A stretch of 64,000 bases of DNA, from assembly GCA_902780395.1 (NCBI GenBank), contig CACZFH010000002.1, positions 22,335 through 86,334 on the forward strand. Direction: 5' to 3'. The translations under genes and the position numbers were made by a program. Positions 27,552 through 38,251 of this stretch are shown piece by piece (the stretch's first letter is position 1; each line of letters starts with the position of its first letter). The DNA comes from an uncultured Erysipelotrichaceae bacterium (GTDB taxonomy: Bacteria > Bacillota_I > Bacilli_A > RF39 > UBA660). The notes beneath the pieces were generated by a model. The model was given only the letters and a program-made list of their open reading frames with translations. It was not told the origin of the DNA and did no database searches.

Positions 27552-29386
27552 TGTATAATATTCCTGCAGCTCAAAAGAAAAATTATTATAGCATTGACAA
27601 TTTTTTAGGTGTTGACTTTACTTCAAGCCCTATTGAAGTTGACAAAAGAAGAAGTCCTAATGCTATAAATATGATTAATAATAATGGTTTTAATGAAACA
27701 AGAAATGGTTATGAAATAGTTGAAACATTTTCTTCTAAAATAAATGGTATATGGAATATAGATATAAATAATACTGAAATAGTTTTAGTCCATGCTGGTA
27801 CAGAATTATATAAATGTAGCAGTGATTTTTCCTTAAAGACACTTGTTAAATCCAATTTAAATAATGACAAATCAGTTGGTCTTTACTTTAATGGTTACTT
27901 GGTTATTTTTGATGGTTTAAGAGCATTATTATGTTCAATAGTATCAAACAATTTAGTAGTTGATTATATAGATGAATCAGGATATATTCCTACAACCTCT
28001 ATTGCACGTGATTCTTCAGGTGGAGGTACTGATTATGAAAAGATTAATCTTATGTCTCCTTATAGAATAAATACATTCTTAACTGAGATGGTCCAAACTA
28101 CAATTAATGGTGAAATACAAAATAATCCTCAAACTGTGTTTAAATTAGATGACTCTAATATAACTTCCGTAGAACTTGTTGAGGTTTTACAAGATAATGG
28201 AAGTTGGCAAGTTATTAGTTCTAGCAATTATACAGTTGATTTAACTACAGGAACTGTTACGTTTGCAACAGCTCCAGGAGATAGTCCAGTTTTAGGTAGA
28301 GATAATGTATCTATCAGATATAGAAAAGATTCCACAGAAAATAAAAATCGAATTAATAATTGTAATATTGCCACTTTGTTTGGATATGATGGAAATAATA
28401 ATAGAATATTTGTCACAGGGAATCCTGAATTTCCTAATTGGGATTTTCATTGTGAACAAGATGATCCTACTTATTGGCCTGATGAAAACTTCACTAAAAT
28501 TGGAACAGAACCAATTATAGGTTATTTAAGATTAAGTAATGGTAGTTTATCTATCCATAAGAAACAATCAGATACAGATTGTACTGTATATTATAGAACT
28601 TCTAATATGTTAGATAATCAAGAAGTATTTCCTTTAAAAGATGGTGTTAAAAATGTTGGTTGTATTTCTAAATATTGCAATTGTAATTTAGAAAATGATC
28701 CTTTATTTTTATCAGATCAAGGAGTATATGCTTGTATTGGTGATAATGATGAAAAATATGCTCAACAAAGAAGTTACTATGTTAATGGTAAATTAATAAA
28801 AGAAGAAAATCTTGAAAATGCAGTAGCAATCAGTTTTTTAGGAAAATATTATTTAGCAATTAATAATCATGTGTATATTGCTGATAGCAGATATAAATCA
28901 TATCCTAAAAATGCAGATACAGAACAATACCAATATGAATGGTGGTATTGGGAAAATCTTCCTATTAGGGTTTTCTTTTCATGGAATAATGAATTGTATT
29001 TTGGTACAGATGATGGAAAACTATGTAAATTTAATTATAAATATTTAGATAATAATAAAGAGGTGTTTTCTTACTGGGAAACACCTTTTTTGGAACTAAA
29101 TAATCCTTATTTAGCAAAAACTATTAAAAATGTAACTCTAACTTTAAATCCTAATCATTCTTCTGATATTACTTTTGGATATAAGTTAGATGATGAAACG
29201 ACTGAAATTATCTCTAAAAATTATCATTGCTTAGATGATGATTTTCCTAAGACCATTCAGGAAAAAGAAAAAATCAAAAAATTTATGTTTATAAAGTTTT
29301 TTATGAAAAACAAATCAACTTCGAAAATGACTTTCGAAAGATTAATACTTGAATACATTGTAGCAGGTAAATATAGAGGGGAGTGA
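27551..29386 (+). CDS. large virion structural protein (function unknown)
   Basis: The ORF track gives 27545. The ATG at 27551 overlaps the upstream stop (taATG). Confidence 0.55.
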   Translation: MYNIPAAQKKNYYSIDNFLGVDFTSSPIEVDKRRSPNAINMINNNGFNETRNGYEIVETFSSKINGIWNIDINNTEIVLVHAGTELYKCSSDFSLKTLVKSNLNNDKSVGLYFNGYLVIFDGLRALLCSIVSNNLVVDYIDESGYIPTTSIARDSSGGGTDYEKINLMSPYRINTFLTEMVQTTINGEIQNNPQTVFKLDDSNITSVELVEVLQDNGSWQVISSSNYTVDLTTGTVTFATAPGDSPVLGRDNVSIRYRKDSTENKNRINNCNIATLFGYDGNNNRIFVTGNPEFPNWDFHCEQDDPTYWPDENFTKIGTEPIIGYLRLSNGSLSIHKKQSDTDCTVYYRTSNMLDNQEVFPLKDGVKNVGCISKYCNCNLENDPLFLSDQGVYACIGDNDEKYAQQRSYYVNGKLIKEENLENAVAISFLGKYYLAINNHVYIADSRYKSYPKNADTEQYQYEWWYWENLPIRVFFSWNNELYFGTDDGKLCKFNYKYLDNNKEVFSYWETPFLELNNPYLAKTIKNVTLTLNPNHSSDITFGYKLDDETTEIISKNYHCLDDDFPKTIQEKEKIKKFMFIKFFMKNKSTSKMTFERLILEYIVAGKYRGE

Positions 29387-29390
29387 TAAT

Positions 29391-30311
29391 ATGGCTTCAA
29401 TAAACGATTGGATTAATGCAGCTAATAATTTAAAACAACAAACAATAAATGATTATGTTAATAAAAATCAAGGTATATTAAATTCAATTAATAGTCAAAG
29501 AGACGCAGAATTAGCAGGACTAGCAAATTCTAATCAACAAGCTTTAAATAAACTTGCACAAGATAAAGATACTGTTAATGAGACAGCTTTAAATAATGCA
29601 AAAGCTGCTAATGTTAATAGACTTCTTGCATTAAGAGATAATAAAAATGCTTTGAGTCGTGCTGGTCTTTCTTCACAAGGATTAGTTGGTTCTCAGGTTA
29701 ATTCTATTAATAATAACTATGGAACTAATTTAAATACTATTTTAAAAGATAAAGCAACTGGACTAAGAGATATTGAAAATCAAATAAATAATACTAATTT
29801 AACCTATGATACTAATAAACAAAATTTGACTGCTCAATATGCTTCAACACTTGCTCAACAACAAGCAGCTATTAATAATGCAGCACAACAATTAGGTATG
29901 CAAGCTTATAATGATTATATTTCTCAACAACAAGCTTATGCTAATTATGAACAACAAAAAGCAGAAGCAGAACGTCAATATCAACTTCAATTACAACAAT
30001 TAAGAAGTAGTGCAAGTGGATCTAACTGGAGTGATGGTGGTGGAGGATATGCTGTTAATACTGCATACTATCAAGGTGATTTAAATCCTGACGCAAGAAA
30101 TGGAACATTCAGCAATGGATATCAACCTAATAATGTTAATGGAGTTAAATTATCTAAAACAAGTAATACAATTACATTTAATACAAAAACTTTAAGTGGT
30201 CAAAAACAAACTGTTACTCAAAACATATGGAAAGCAGGTAAAAAATACTATTATTGGGACGGAAGATATAATAGATATATTCAATGTACAAAAACAGGTA
30301 AGAAGGTGTAA
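29391..30311 (+). CDS. Q/N-rich virion-module protein
   Basis: ORF track; RBS agagggga. Strongly Asn/Gln/Ala-biased composition. Confidence 0.55.
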   Translation: MASINDWINAANNLKQQTINDYVNKNQGILNSINSQRDAELAGLANSNQQALNKLAQDKDTVNETALNNAKAANVNRLLALRDNKNALSRAGLSSQGLVGSQVNSINNNYGTNLNTILKDKATGLRDIENQINNTNLTYDTNKQNLTAQYASTLAQQQAAINNAAQQLGMQAYNDYISQQQAYANYEQQKAEAERQYQLQLQQLRSSASGSNWSDGGGGYAVNTAYYQGDLNPDARNGTFSNGYQPNNVNGVKLSKTSNTITFNTKTLSGQKQTVTQNIWKAGKKYYYWDGRYNRYIQCTKTGKKV

Positions 30312-30314
30312 TTT

Positions 30315-33300
30315 ATGGCTAATTATTTCTTAAATGATGATGGCTCTACATCTTTAAAAAGAAAGAATAAGAAAAATGGTAAAAATTATATTCAACAAGA
30401 AGATGGCTCTACAATTGAAGAAGTATATGAAGAGCCTAAAAAAGCACAATTACCTAAGGCAAAACAAAAGGAGCCTAAACAAGACTCCTTTTCTACTGCT
30501 ACAAAAAAACTAAGTGATACTTATAATAATAGTTTTACTAAAAATAATGGATTAAGTTTTTCAAATGTTGTTACTGATTTAGCTAATCTATATGACGCAA
30601 ATAATAACGTTTTAAAGTCTCTTCCTGTTGCAGGTAATTTATTTAAAGCAAGAGAAGTTGCAAGAGATACTATAGTTAATGGAGCTACTAATTTAGGAAC
30701 AGGAGCATTAAAAAGCATTGAAGGGACAGCTGATTTTCTTAGTGATGTTGTTGCTAATCCTATAGAGCAAGGTATTAATTATGGAATAGATTATGTTAAA
30801 AGTGGTAAAAAAGTTGCAGATGAAAATCTAAAGGATTTAAAAAAACAACAAAAAAGAGATATAAAAAGAAACTTAACTAAAGAATTTCAAGATAAAGTCG
30901 GATATACAGATGTCGTTGATGATCTTGAAAAAAATTCATTAATTAAAAGAGATAATCTTGCAGGACAGGTAACGCAAGCAGTTGGAGGTATGGTTCCTGC
31001 TTTAGTTATGGGGCAAGCATTTGCAGGAGCTGAACCAGCTTTACAATCAACTGAAGGATTAAGTGGCTTAAATAAAGCTAAAGTTATAGCTGGTAATATG
31101 GGAAAGAGTTTTACTAGTCAAATGCCATCTAACTTAATGCTAGGAACATCTAGTTATGGTAGTGGAATGGAAGAAGCTTTAAATAATGGTGCTACTATAG
31201 AACAAGCTAGATTATATGGTATAGGTAATTCTGCAAAAGAAATGGCTACAGAATGGATTACAGGAGGTATTCCAGGACTAGGAGGAAAAGGTGGTTTGGA
31301 TTTACCTGCAGAAAAACTAATTGATAAAACTACTGGAAAAATAAAAAATGAATATGCAAAAGCATTTGCTAAGACTTTAGCTAATTATGGATATAAATTT
31401 GTAGGAGAAGGTCTTGAAGAAGGTCTTTCAGAAATACTAGATCCATATTTAAAAAATGCAACATATTCTAATGGTGAAAAAATTAATTGGCAAGAAGTTT
31501 TTTCAAGTTTTATTGTTGGAGGTTTAACTGGTGGAATATTAGAAGCTCCTAATACTGCAGTTGATTTTAACAATAATATGGTTGAAGCTAATAATAATAT
31601 TCAACAAAAAAAGGCAACACTTCCAGTTGCAAATACAAATGCAGTAAATAAAAATAGTCTTCAATCACAAAACAATATTGAAGGAAATCCTTTAATTGAA
31701 AATAAAAATCCTGTTAGTTTACCTTTAGATAAAAATACTGTTCAGAAATTAAACTCTGTTAATCAAACTCAAGAAAGATTTATTTATGAAACGAGTGATA
31801 ATTCTAAGATTGACAATTTTAGAAGAAGTGCTAATCAATTTATGAATAATAGTAATGAAACTAAATCTTTCGTTCAGACTGTTGAAAAAGTAATTAATGA
31901 TAAAGGTTATAATGTCACTTTTGATAATTCAATTGGGGACAATATAAATGGTCGAATAGGAATCAATGAAAATGGAGAAGTTGATATCAAAGTTAATCCT
32001 AATTCAGATCGTGCAGGAGAATTTATTTTAACACATGAAATTACTCACGCAATTGACAATAAAGAAATGCGTGAGTTAGTTTTAGATTATGCTAAAAAGA
32101 ATAGTGAATTTAATGAAGCTTTAGAATCTTTAAAACAAACTTATGGAGTAGATGATGTTAATGATGAAGTTCTTGCTGATATTTCAGGTCAATTATTTGG
32201 AACAGAAGAATTTATTAATAAATTATCAACAACTAAGCCTAGTTTATTCAAAAAGTTATATGATAAAATTATAAACTTTGCAAATAAAATAACAGGGAAT
32301 TCTAAAGAATCTTTATTTATAAAAGACTTAAAGAATAAATGGGAAAAAGCTTATAGAGAATCAGATGATAATGTTGCACAAAAAAATCTTAATAAGTCAA
32401 AATTTAGTATTAAAGAAAACAGTAACGGTAAATATGTTAATATTGATACCGATCAAAATATATTTGATGGAATAGATGAAAAAGATTACAATAAAATTGC
32501 AAAAATGTATATTAATGATTATCTTAGAGGAAATACTCAATTATCAAGTAATGATACAGCTATAATTGATTCTACATCTTCTAAAAAATACACTAATCCT
32601 GGAAAAAGGCAAAATTATTTTACAGAAAAAATGAAATTAACACCTGAGTTAAAAAATGTTTTACAAATTGCAGAGAAAATAGATTCATCCTCACCTTCTA
32701 AGGATAATTCTAAATATAATAATTGGGAATACTATAAATTTGATTTTAACCTTAATGGAAAGAATTTTGAGGCTGTAGTTAATATTGGAATTGATTCAAA
32801 TAATAATAAACATTTTTACGAAGTAAATAACATAAAAAAAAGAACTGATGGTATATCAGAAACAAGTCTGAATAGTCCAACCAGTTCTATTACTAATAAT
32901 ATACCACAAAACGAAAAAAATGTAAATAATTTTAAAGAAAAACAATTAGAAATAATAAAAAATAACAATCCTGTTGAAGATGATTATCATACATGGATAA
33001 GAAATGTTGATGATATTAAAACATTATCGGAGACATTAGAAGACAGTGATTGGAGTGATTATGATGAATTTAATCCTGATCTAACTAGAGCAGATATTGA
33101 TAAAGCTCTTGAGACAGGGAAAATAACAGTTTATTCATCATATCCAATAGAACAAGGTATTTTTATTAGTCCTTCTAAAATGGAAGCAGAATCATACTCT
33201 GCAGATGGTAAAGTTTATTCTAAGGAAGTAAATATTGATGATGTTGCATGGATAGATCCTACACAAGGTCAATATGCTAAGGTTGATACTAAAGATTCTT

Positions 33301-36300
33301 TAAATAATTCATCATGGCAAGAACATTTAGAAAAAAATTATAAATCAAAAGGAACTAAAACTAATTTTGAAGATACAAGATTAGATACTAACAATACTGA
33401 ACAGAATCTTATTAATAAAGAAACTGACCGTTTAACAAAAAAATATGAACGAGAAAAGAATAAAAATAAGAAAATTATTACTAAAGAGGCTTCTAAGATT
33501 CTTGAATTTGATGATTATCAACAAAAAAGAAAATTTACTGATTTAGTATCAGAATATTACGATAATCCTGATTTAAATAAAATTAAACAAGATATTAGAG
33601 ATAATTTTAGTGAAAAAAGAATTGAGTATGTTAATGATTATGTTAAAGATATTAAAAATGTAATTAGAGGAACTGATTTACAAATAACTGATTATGTTAG
33701 AAGAAATTTAACTGATTTCGGAAATTTCAGAAAAGAAAATTTCAATAAATTAAAACTAAAGAATCAAGGACAATCAATTGATTCTTTTTATAATGAATTA
33801 GCAGAAGATTATCCTTCAGTATTTAGTAAAGATATAACTAATGAAGTAGACCAATTAGAAAGAATGTCTGAGTTTATGAATGAAGACGATAAATTCTATG
33901 AGAAATACAATTTAGATGATAATGCTATTAATGAAGCAGCACAATATGTCTATGATTCTATAAAAAATAAAGATAATATTGATGATTTAATAAATAGTAT
34001 TTCAATTTCACCAAAACAAATTAGGAAAGAAAAAACTGTAGAATATAGAGAATATGCAGAAGACTTTGTTAATAACTCAGAAGACTGGGTTGATAAGAAA
34101 TTAGGTCTTTCATATAAAACTAATACAATGAAACGTAATTTTTATGATGTTATGGGTAAAAAAGATGGTGGAAGGTTATACCATAGTTATATTGAACCTA
34201 TTTTTAATCATAATGCTCAAATGCAGAATGATATTTCTTCTTATAATGAAAAGATTGGTAAATTAAAATTAAATGATAAAGAATCAACTGCAGTTCAGAT
34301 GTTTGGAGAATATAAATATAATCCTGAAACATTAGTAACAGGAATGGAAGTTGATGAATTTATTACTAAAAATAAATTAGATCATAAAAAGATTGAAAAT
34401 GCTGTTGAAGTATTTAGATCTACTTATGATGAATTGATAGAAAGAGTTAATGAAACTCTTAAATCTCAAGGATATAAAGAAATAGAATATCGTAAAGGTT
34501 ATTTCCCACACTTTGTTGAAGAAGGTGCTAAGACTAAATTTGGTAAAGTTTTAGAAAAAATGGGCTGGAAATTCAAAGACGATTCAGTTCCAACTGATAT
34601 TGCAGGAATAACTGATACATTTAAACCAGGTAAAGTATGGAATCGTAATGCACAACAAAGGAAAGGAAAATATACTGATTTTAATGCTTTAAAAGGTTTT
34701 GATAATTATGTACGTGGAGCTATGGAAACAATATACTTCACAGAAGATATTCAAAAGCTTAGAGCTTTAGAAAATGAAATACGTTATCAACATTCTGAAA
34801 AAGGTGTACAAACTCAAATTGATGAGATATTAAGTGATACTTCAATTGATTTTGAAGAAAGACAAGAGAAGATTGATAAGATATTTACTAAATATAAAAC
34901 TCCATTAAATAATTTAGTTAGTGAAATAAGAGATTATACAAATAGTATAGCCAATAAAAAATCTATTTTAGATAGAACAATGGAACAAGCAACGAATAGA
35001 AAAGTTTATAGTGTTATGCAGAATATAAGTAGTAGATTAAGTGCTAATATGGTTGGATTAAATCTTTCAAGTGCTATTACAAACTTTATTCCAATTACAC
35101 AAGCAACTTCACAAGTTAAATCCAAATATTTATTAAAAGGACTTCGTGAATCTATCAAAAATCAGGTTGTAGCCGATAATTTTGAGAGTAAAAGTGTTTT
35201 CCTTACTTCAAGACTAAACGAGGCTGATAAGTTATTTAAAACACGTTTAGAAAAGTTTTCTGAAAAAGCAAACTTCATGTTTGAAGGAATTGATTCTATT
35301 ACAGCTAATACTATTGTTAGAGGAAAGTATTACGAAAATATTGCGAATGGTATGAGCGAATACAATGCAATGAGAAATGCTGATGAATTTGCACGTGATT
35401 TAATGGCTGGAAGGACTAAAGGTGAAATGCCTACCATATTTAATTCTAAGAATCCATTTGTTAAGCTTTTCACTTCATTTCAATTAGAGGTTAACAACCA
35501 ATATCAATATATGTTTAAAGATCTTCCAAGAGATTTAGCAGATGAACCTAAAAAGAAACTAATTGCTGCATTTGCTAAGATGTTTTTTGGAGCATGGATC
35601 TATAATCAATTAACTGAAAAAGTTGTTGGTAGAAAAGCAGCATTTTCTCCAGCTGATACAATAAAAGAAATATATGATACTTCAACCGATAAAAATCTTA
35701 AAATAAATGAAAAAAGTTCTAATATTCTTGAAAAATTAACTCAAGATGTTCCATTTGTTGGTAGTTTAGTAGGTGGTGGACGTCTTCCAATTAGTAGTGT
35801 CGCTAATCCTCTTAATGTAATAAAAGGAGAAAGTACAGTCGGAGATGAAGCTAAAAAACTTCTTTATTATACAGTTCTTCCTTTTGGTGGTGGTCAATTA
35901 AAAAAGACTACTGAAGGGGCTTCAATGTATGTTAATGATAAAAAGATTAAAGGAAGTTATACCAATAAAGGTAAACTAAGATTTGAAGCTAAAAAAGATG
36001 TAGGTTCTGTTGCACAGAATCTTTTATTTGGGCAATATTCTAGTAAAGAAGCAAGAGAATACTTTGATAAAGGATACCTTCCGATTGACTCTAAAACAAT
36101 AGATAAATTAGAAAAACAAGGTGTATCTATTAATGAATATAGAAAATATTCAGACGATAAGAAAGAATTAGGTTTAAATGAAATAAAATCTGATAAGGAT
36201 TCAGATGGAAAATCAATCAAAGGAACAGCTTCTGCGAAGAAAGCTCTTGCTATTATGAATAGTAATTATTCTAAAAAAGAAAAAGAATATTTAATCTCTA

Positions 36301-36893
36301 ATTTATCTAGTTCTGATAATGCAGTGTCTTTAAGCGATTTAAATAATCTAAAGAAAGATGAAAAGACTTATAAATTTTACTTTGGTTTAAATGAAGATAA
36401 TAGAAAGACATTTAAAAATGAACTTAATGATTTAGGAATGTCTTCTAGTGAATTAATTAAGTATTATGAAACTAGAAAAGAATATAAAGATACATATACA
36501 TCTAATTATTCAAGAAATAACTTAATGAATTACATAAATAGTTTAAATGTAAATGATGATACTAAATGGTATTTATATAATAAAGACTATGGTAGTGATA
36601 ATTTATCAACTGTTGTAGATAAGTTTAATCTAAAATATAGCGATTATTATAATGTTAAAAAATATTCTGAAGAAATTTCCACAAGATATAGTGGAAATAA
36701 AAATTCTAAAATAAGGAAAGAATTAGTATTTAAATATATTAATAATCTAAAATTAAATAAAGTTCAGAAAAGTATCTTATTTAAAGAAGCTGGTTATAGT
36801 GATTCAACAAGTAAACAAATAGTATTTAACTATATTAATTCTATGAATATTAGTAAACAGGAAAAGCAAAAATTATATAATTCTATATTTTAA
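30315..36893 (+). CDS. giant virion-associated protein (2192 aa) with a zincin HExxH motif; ejection or polyvalent-type protein
   Basis: FILTHEITHAIDNKE (HExxH). Gly-rich hydrophobic segments near the N- and C-terminal thirds. Located in the structural operon. Confidence 0.6.
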   Translation: MANYFLNDDGSTSLKRKNKKNGKNYIQQEDGSTIEEVYEEPKKAQLPKAKQKEPKQDSFSTATKKLSDTYNNSFTKNNGLSFSNVVTDLANLYDANNNVLKSLPVAGNLFKAREVARDTIVNGATNLGTGALKSIEGTADFLSDVVANPIEQGINYGIDYVKSGKKVADENLKDLKKQQKRDIKRNLTKEFQDKVGYTDVVDDLEKNSLIKRDNLAGQVTQAVGGMVPALVMGQAFAGAEPALQSTEGLSGLNKAKVIAGNMGKSFTSQMPSNLMLGTSSYGSGMEEALNNGATIEQARLYGIGNSAKEMATEWITGGIPGLGGKGGLDLPAEKLIDKTTGKIKNEYAKAFAKTLANYGYKFVGEGLEEGLSEILDPYLKNATYSNGEKINWQEVFSSFIVGGLTGGILEAPNTAVDFNNNMVEANNNIQQKKATLPVANTNAVNKNSLQSQNNIEGNPLIENKNPVSLPLDKNTVQKLNSVNQTQERFIYETSDNSKIDNFRRSANQFMNNSNETKSFVQTVEKVINDKGYNVTFDNSIGDNINGRIGINENGEVDIKVNPNSDRAGEFILTHEITHAIDNKEMRELVLDYAKKNSEFNEALESLKQTYGVDDVNDEVLADISGQLFGTEEFINKLSTTKPSLFKKLYDKIINFANKITGNSKESLFIKDLKNKWEKAYRESDDNVAQKNLNKSKFSIKENSNGKYVNIDTDQNIFDGIDEKDYNKIAKMYINDYLRGNTQLSSNDTAIIDSTSSKKYTNPGKRQNYFTEKMKLTPELKNVLQIAEKIDSSSPSKDNSKYNNWEYYKFDFNLNGKNFEAVVNIGIDSNNNKHFYEVNNIKKRTDGISETSLNSPTSSITNNIPQNEKNVNNFKEKQLEIIKNNNPVEDDYHTWIRNVDDIKTLSETLEDSDWSDYDEFNPDLTRADIDKALETGKITVYSSYPIEQGIFISPSKMEAESYSADGKVYSKEVNIDDVAWIDPTQGQYAKVDTKDSLNNSSWQEHLEKNYKSKGTKTNFEDTRLDTNNTEQNLINKETDRLTKKYEREKNKNKKIITKEASKILEFDDYQQKRKFTDLVSEYYDNPDLNKIKQDIRDNFSEKRIEYVNDYVKDIKNVIRGTDLQITDYVRRNLTDFGNFRKENFNKLKLKNQGQSIDSFYNELAEDYPSVFSKDITNEVDQLERMSEFMNEDDKFYEKYNLDDNAINEAAQYVYDSIKNKDNIDDLINSISISPKQIRKEKTVEYREYAEDFVNNSEDWVDKKLGLSYKTNTMKRNFYDVMGKKDGGRLYHSYIEPIFNHNAQMQNDISSYNEKIGKLKLNDKESTAVQMFGEYKYNPETLVTGMEVDEFITKNKLDHKKIENAVEVFRSTYDELIERVNETLKSQGYKEIEYRKGYFPHFVEEGAKTKFGKVLEKMGWKFKDDSVPTDIAGITDTFKPGKVWNRNAQQRKGKYTDFNALKGFDNYVRGAMETIYFTEDIQKLRALENEIRYQHSEKGVQTQIDEILSDTSIDFEERQEKIDKIFTKYKTPLNNLVSEIRDYTNSIANKKSILDRTMEQATNRKVYSVMQNISSRLSANMVGLNLSSAITNFIPITQATSQVKSKYLLKGLRESIKNQVVADNFESKSVFLTSRLNEADKLFKTRLEKFSEKANFMFEGIDSITANTIVRGKYYENIANGMSEYNAMRNADEFARDLMAGRTKGEMPTIFNSKNPFVKLFTSFQLEVNNQYQYMFKDLPRDLADEPKKKLIAAFAKMFFGAWIYNQLTEKVVGRKAAFSPADTIKEIYDTSTDKNLKINEKSSNILEKLTQDVPFVGSLVGGGRLPISSVANPLNVIKGESTVGDEAKKLLYYTVLPFGGGQLKKTTEGASMYVNDKKIKGSYTNKGKLRFEAKKDVGSVAQNLLFGQYSSKEAREYFDKGYLPIDSKTIDKLEKQGVSINEYRKYSDDKKELGLNEIKSDKDSDGKSIKGTASAKKALAIMNSNYSKKEKEYLISNLSSSDNAVSLSDLNNLKKDEKTYKFYFGLNEDNRKTFKNELNDLGMSSSELIKYYETRKEYKDTYTSNYSRNNLMNYINSLNVNDDTKWYLYNKDYGSDNLSTVVDKFNLKYSDYYNVKKYSEEISTRYSGNKNSKIRKELVFKYINNLKLNKVQKSILFKEAGYSDSTSKQIVFNYINSMNISKQEKQKLYNSIF

Positions 36894-36907
36894 GGAGTGT
36901 GATCTTA

Positions 36908-38251
36908 ATGCCTTTGTATGATCCTAAAAATGATACTGATAATGTATCTTATGGTTTTTTAAAAAAAGTTTTAGGTGATAAACTCTATGAAAATACAAAA
37001 AATACTTCTATAAGTTATTCTAAGAACTTTGGATCCACTCCGACTGTTCCTTATACTAAAGGAGATACGTGGAACAGAGGAGATAATATTTATATATGTA
37101 TTAATAGTAGAGATGTTGGCAATTTTAAAGAAGAAGATTGGCAAGTCTTATATGATAAGGAGACTAATGAAATAATATCTAATAGTTTTCAGTTTTTATC
37201 TTCAATTGATTTAATTAAAACTGATGATGGATATATTGAAACTTTTTATCAATCTGATGATCCTTCTACAAATTGGAATAGTACCATTAAGCCTAATCAT
37301 GTAGGAGATTATTACATGAATTCAACAACTTTTAAAACATATAAATATTCGACTACATACGAGTGGGAAGAAGTATCTGTTACAACTATAATATTTAATA
37401 ATATTACAGGACATAGAAGAATATTTACAAGTAGGCCAAGTACTTATGATGAAGGAGATATTTGGAAAATAAATAACACTAATGATGTTGATTTGTTTAC
37501 AAATATAGCTTTAAATGATTTTTTACAAGCAAGAGTTTCAAATAATATTTTTACAGAAACAGATTGGGAATTAATATCAAATGAATTAAATATCAAAGCT
37601 AATTTATATTCTATTGGTGGAAAAATGGTTTCAGCAAATAACGTATTTTCTAATTTACAATATTCTTCATTTGGTAAACATGGAGGATATGATGTTTTAG
37701 GTTTTGATGAATATTTAGGATTAGGAGACACGAGTGGAGAAATTGCTGTCATGGGAGGTTTATATAGAGGTTATGCAGATATAGCTATTGATATAGACTT
37801 GCCTGATAATTTTAAAGTTGTTTCTGCTTTCCTATCAGTTTATCATACTCCTATTTATTGGTCATATGCTACAGGAGGTACTTCTATAAATGCTTGGGGT
37901 GCTTCTAAAAACGTTAAATTGTATAAGATGGCTGAGGAAAAAAATCTTAAACTCTTATATCAAAATTCTTTAACTTATAGATGGAAAATAAATGCTTCTA
38001 ATTTAACAGAAATACCTAATGCTTTTGGAGCAACATCTTATTCTTTTGCAAATACGCAAAATGTTACTGTTGAAAGAAAAGATTCTGTTAATTTAAAAAA
38101 TTATATTAATTCAACAGGAAAAACAAAACTTGTTGTTAGAACAGGTGATTCGATTCCAAGCAGTGCTAATACTATGGTTTCTAATACAGGAATGGCTAGA
38201 GCTGTAGTTAATATTTTAGGATATGTAGATTTGAAAGGAAGTGGTAGTTAA
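36908..38251 (+). CDS. tail / baseplate-associated structural protein
   Basis: The ATG lies 10 nt after RBS aaggag. Position in the tail module. Confidence 0.5.
   Translation: MPLYDPKNDTDNVSYGFLKKVLGDKLYENTKNTSISYSKNFGSTPTVPYTKGDTWNRGDNIYICINSRDVGNFKEEDWQVLYDKETNEIISNSFQFLSSIDLIKTDDGYIETFYQSDDPSTNWNSTIKPNHVGDYYMNSTTFKTYKYSTTYEWEEVSVTTIIFNNITGHRRIFTSRPSTYDEGDIWKINNTNDVDLFTNIALNDFLQARVSNNIFTETDWELISNELNIKANLYSIGGKMVSANNVFSNLQYSSFGKHGGYDVLGFDEYLGLGDTSGEIAVMGGLYRGYADIAIDIDLPDNFKVVSAFLSVYHTPIYWSYATGGTSINAWGASKNVKLYKMAEEKNLKLLYQNSLTYRWKINASNLTEIPNAFGATSYSFANTQNVTVERKDSVNLKNYINSTGKTKLVVRTGDSIPSSANTMVSNTGMARAVVNILGYVDLKGSGS

Noticed and set aside
30315-36893. Calling the 2192-aa protein a tail tape-measure protein.
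   Set aside because: I recognise no tail tube, sheath or chaperone-frameshift genes upstream. The protein carries an HExxH motif and a mosaic of compact segments. Tape measure is kept only as the alternative hypothesis, to be tested by profile searches.
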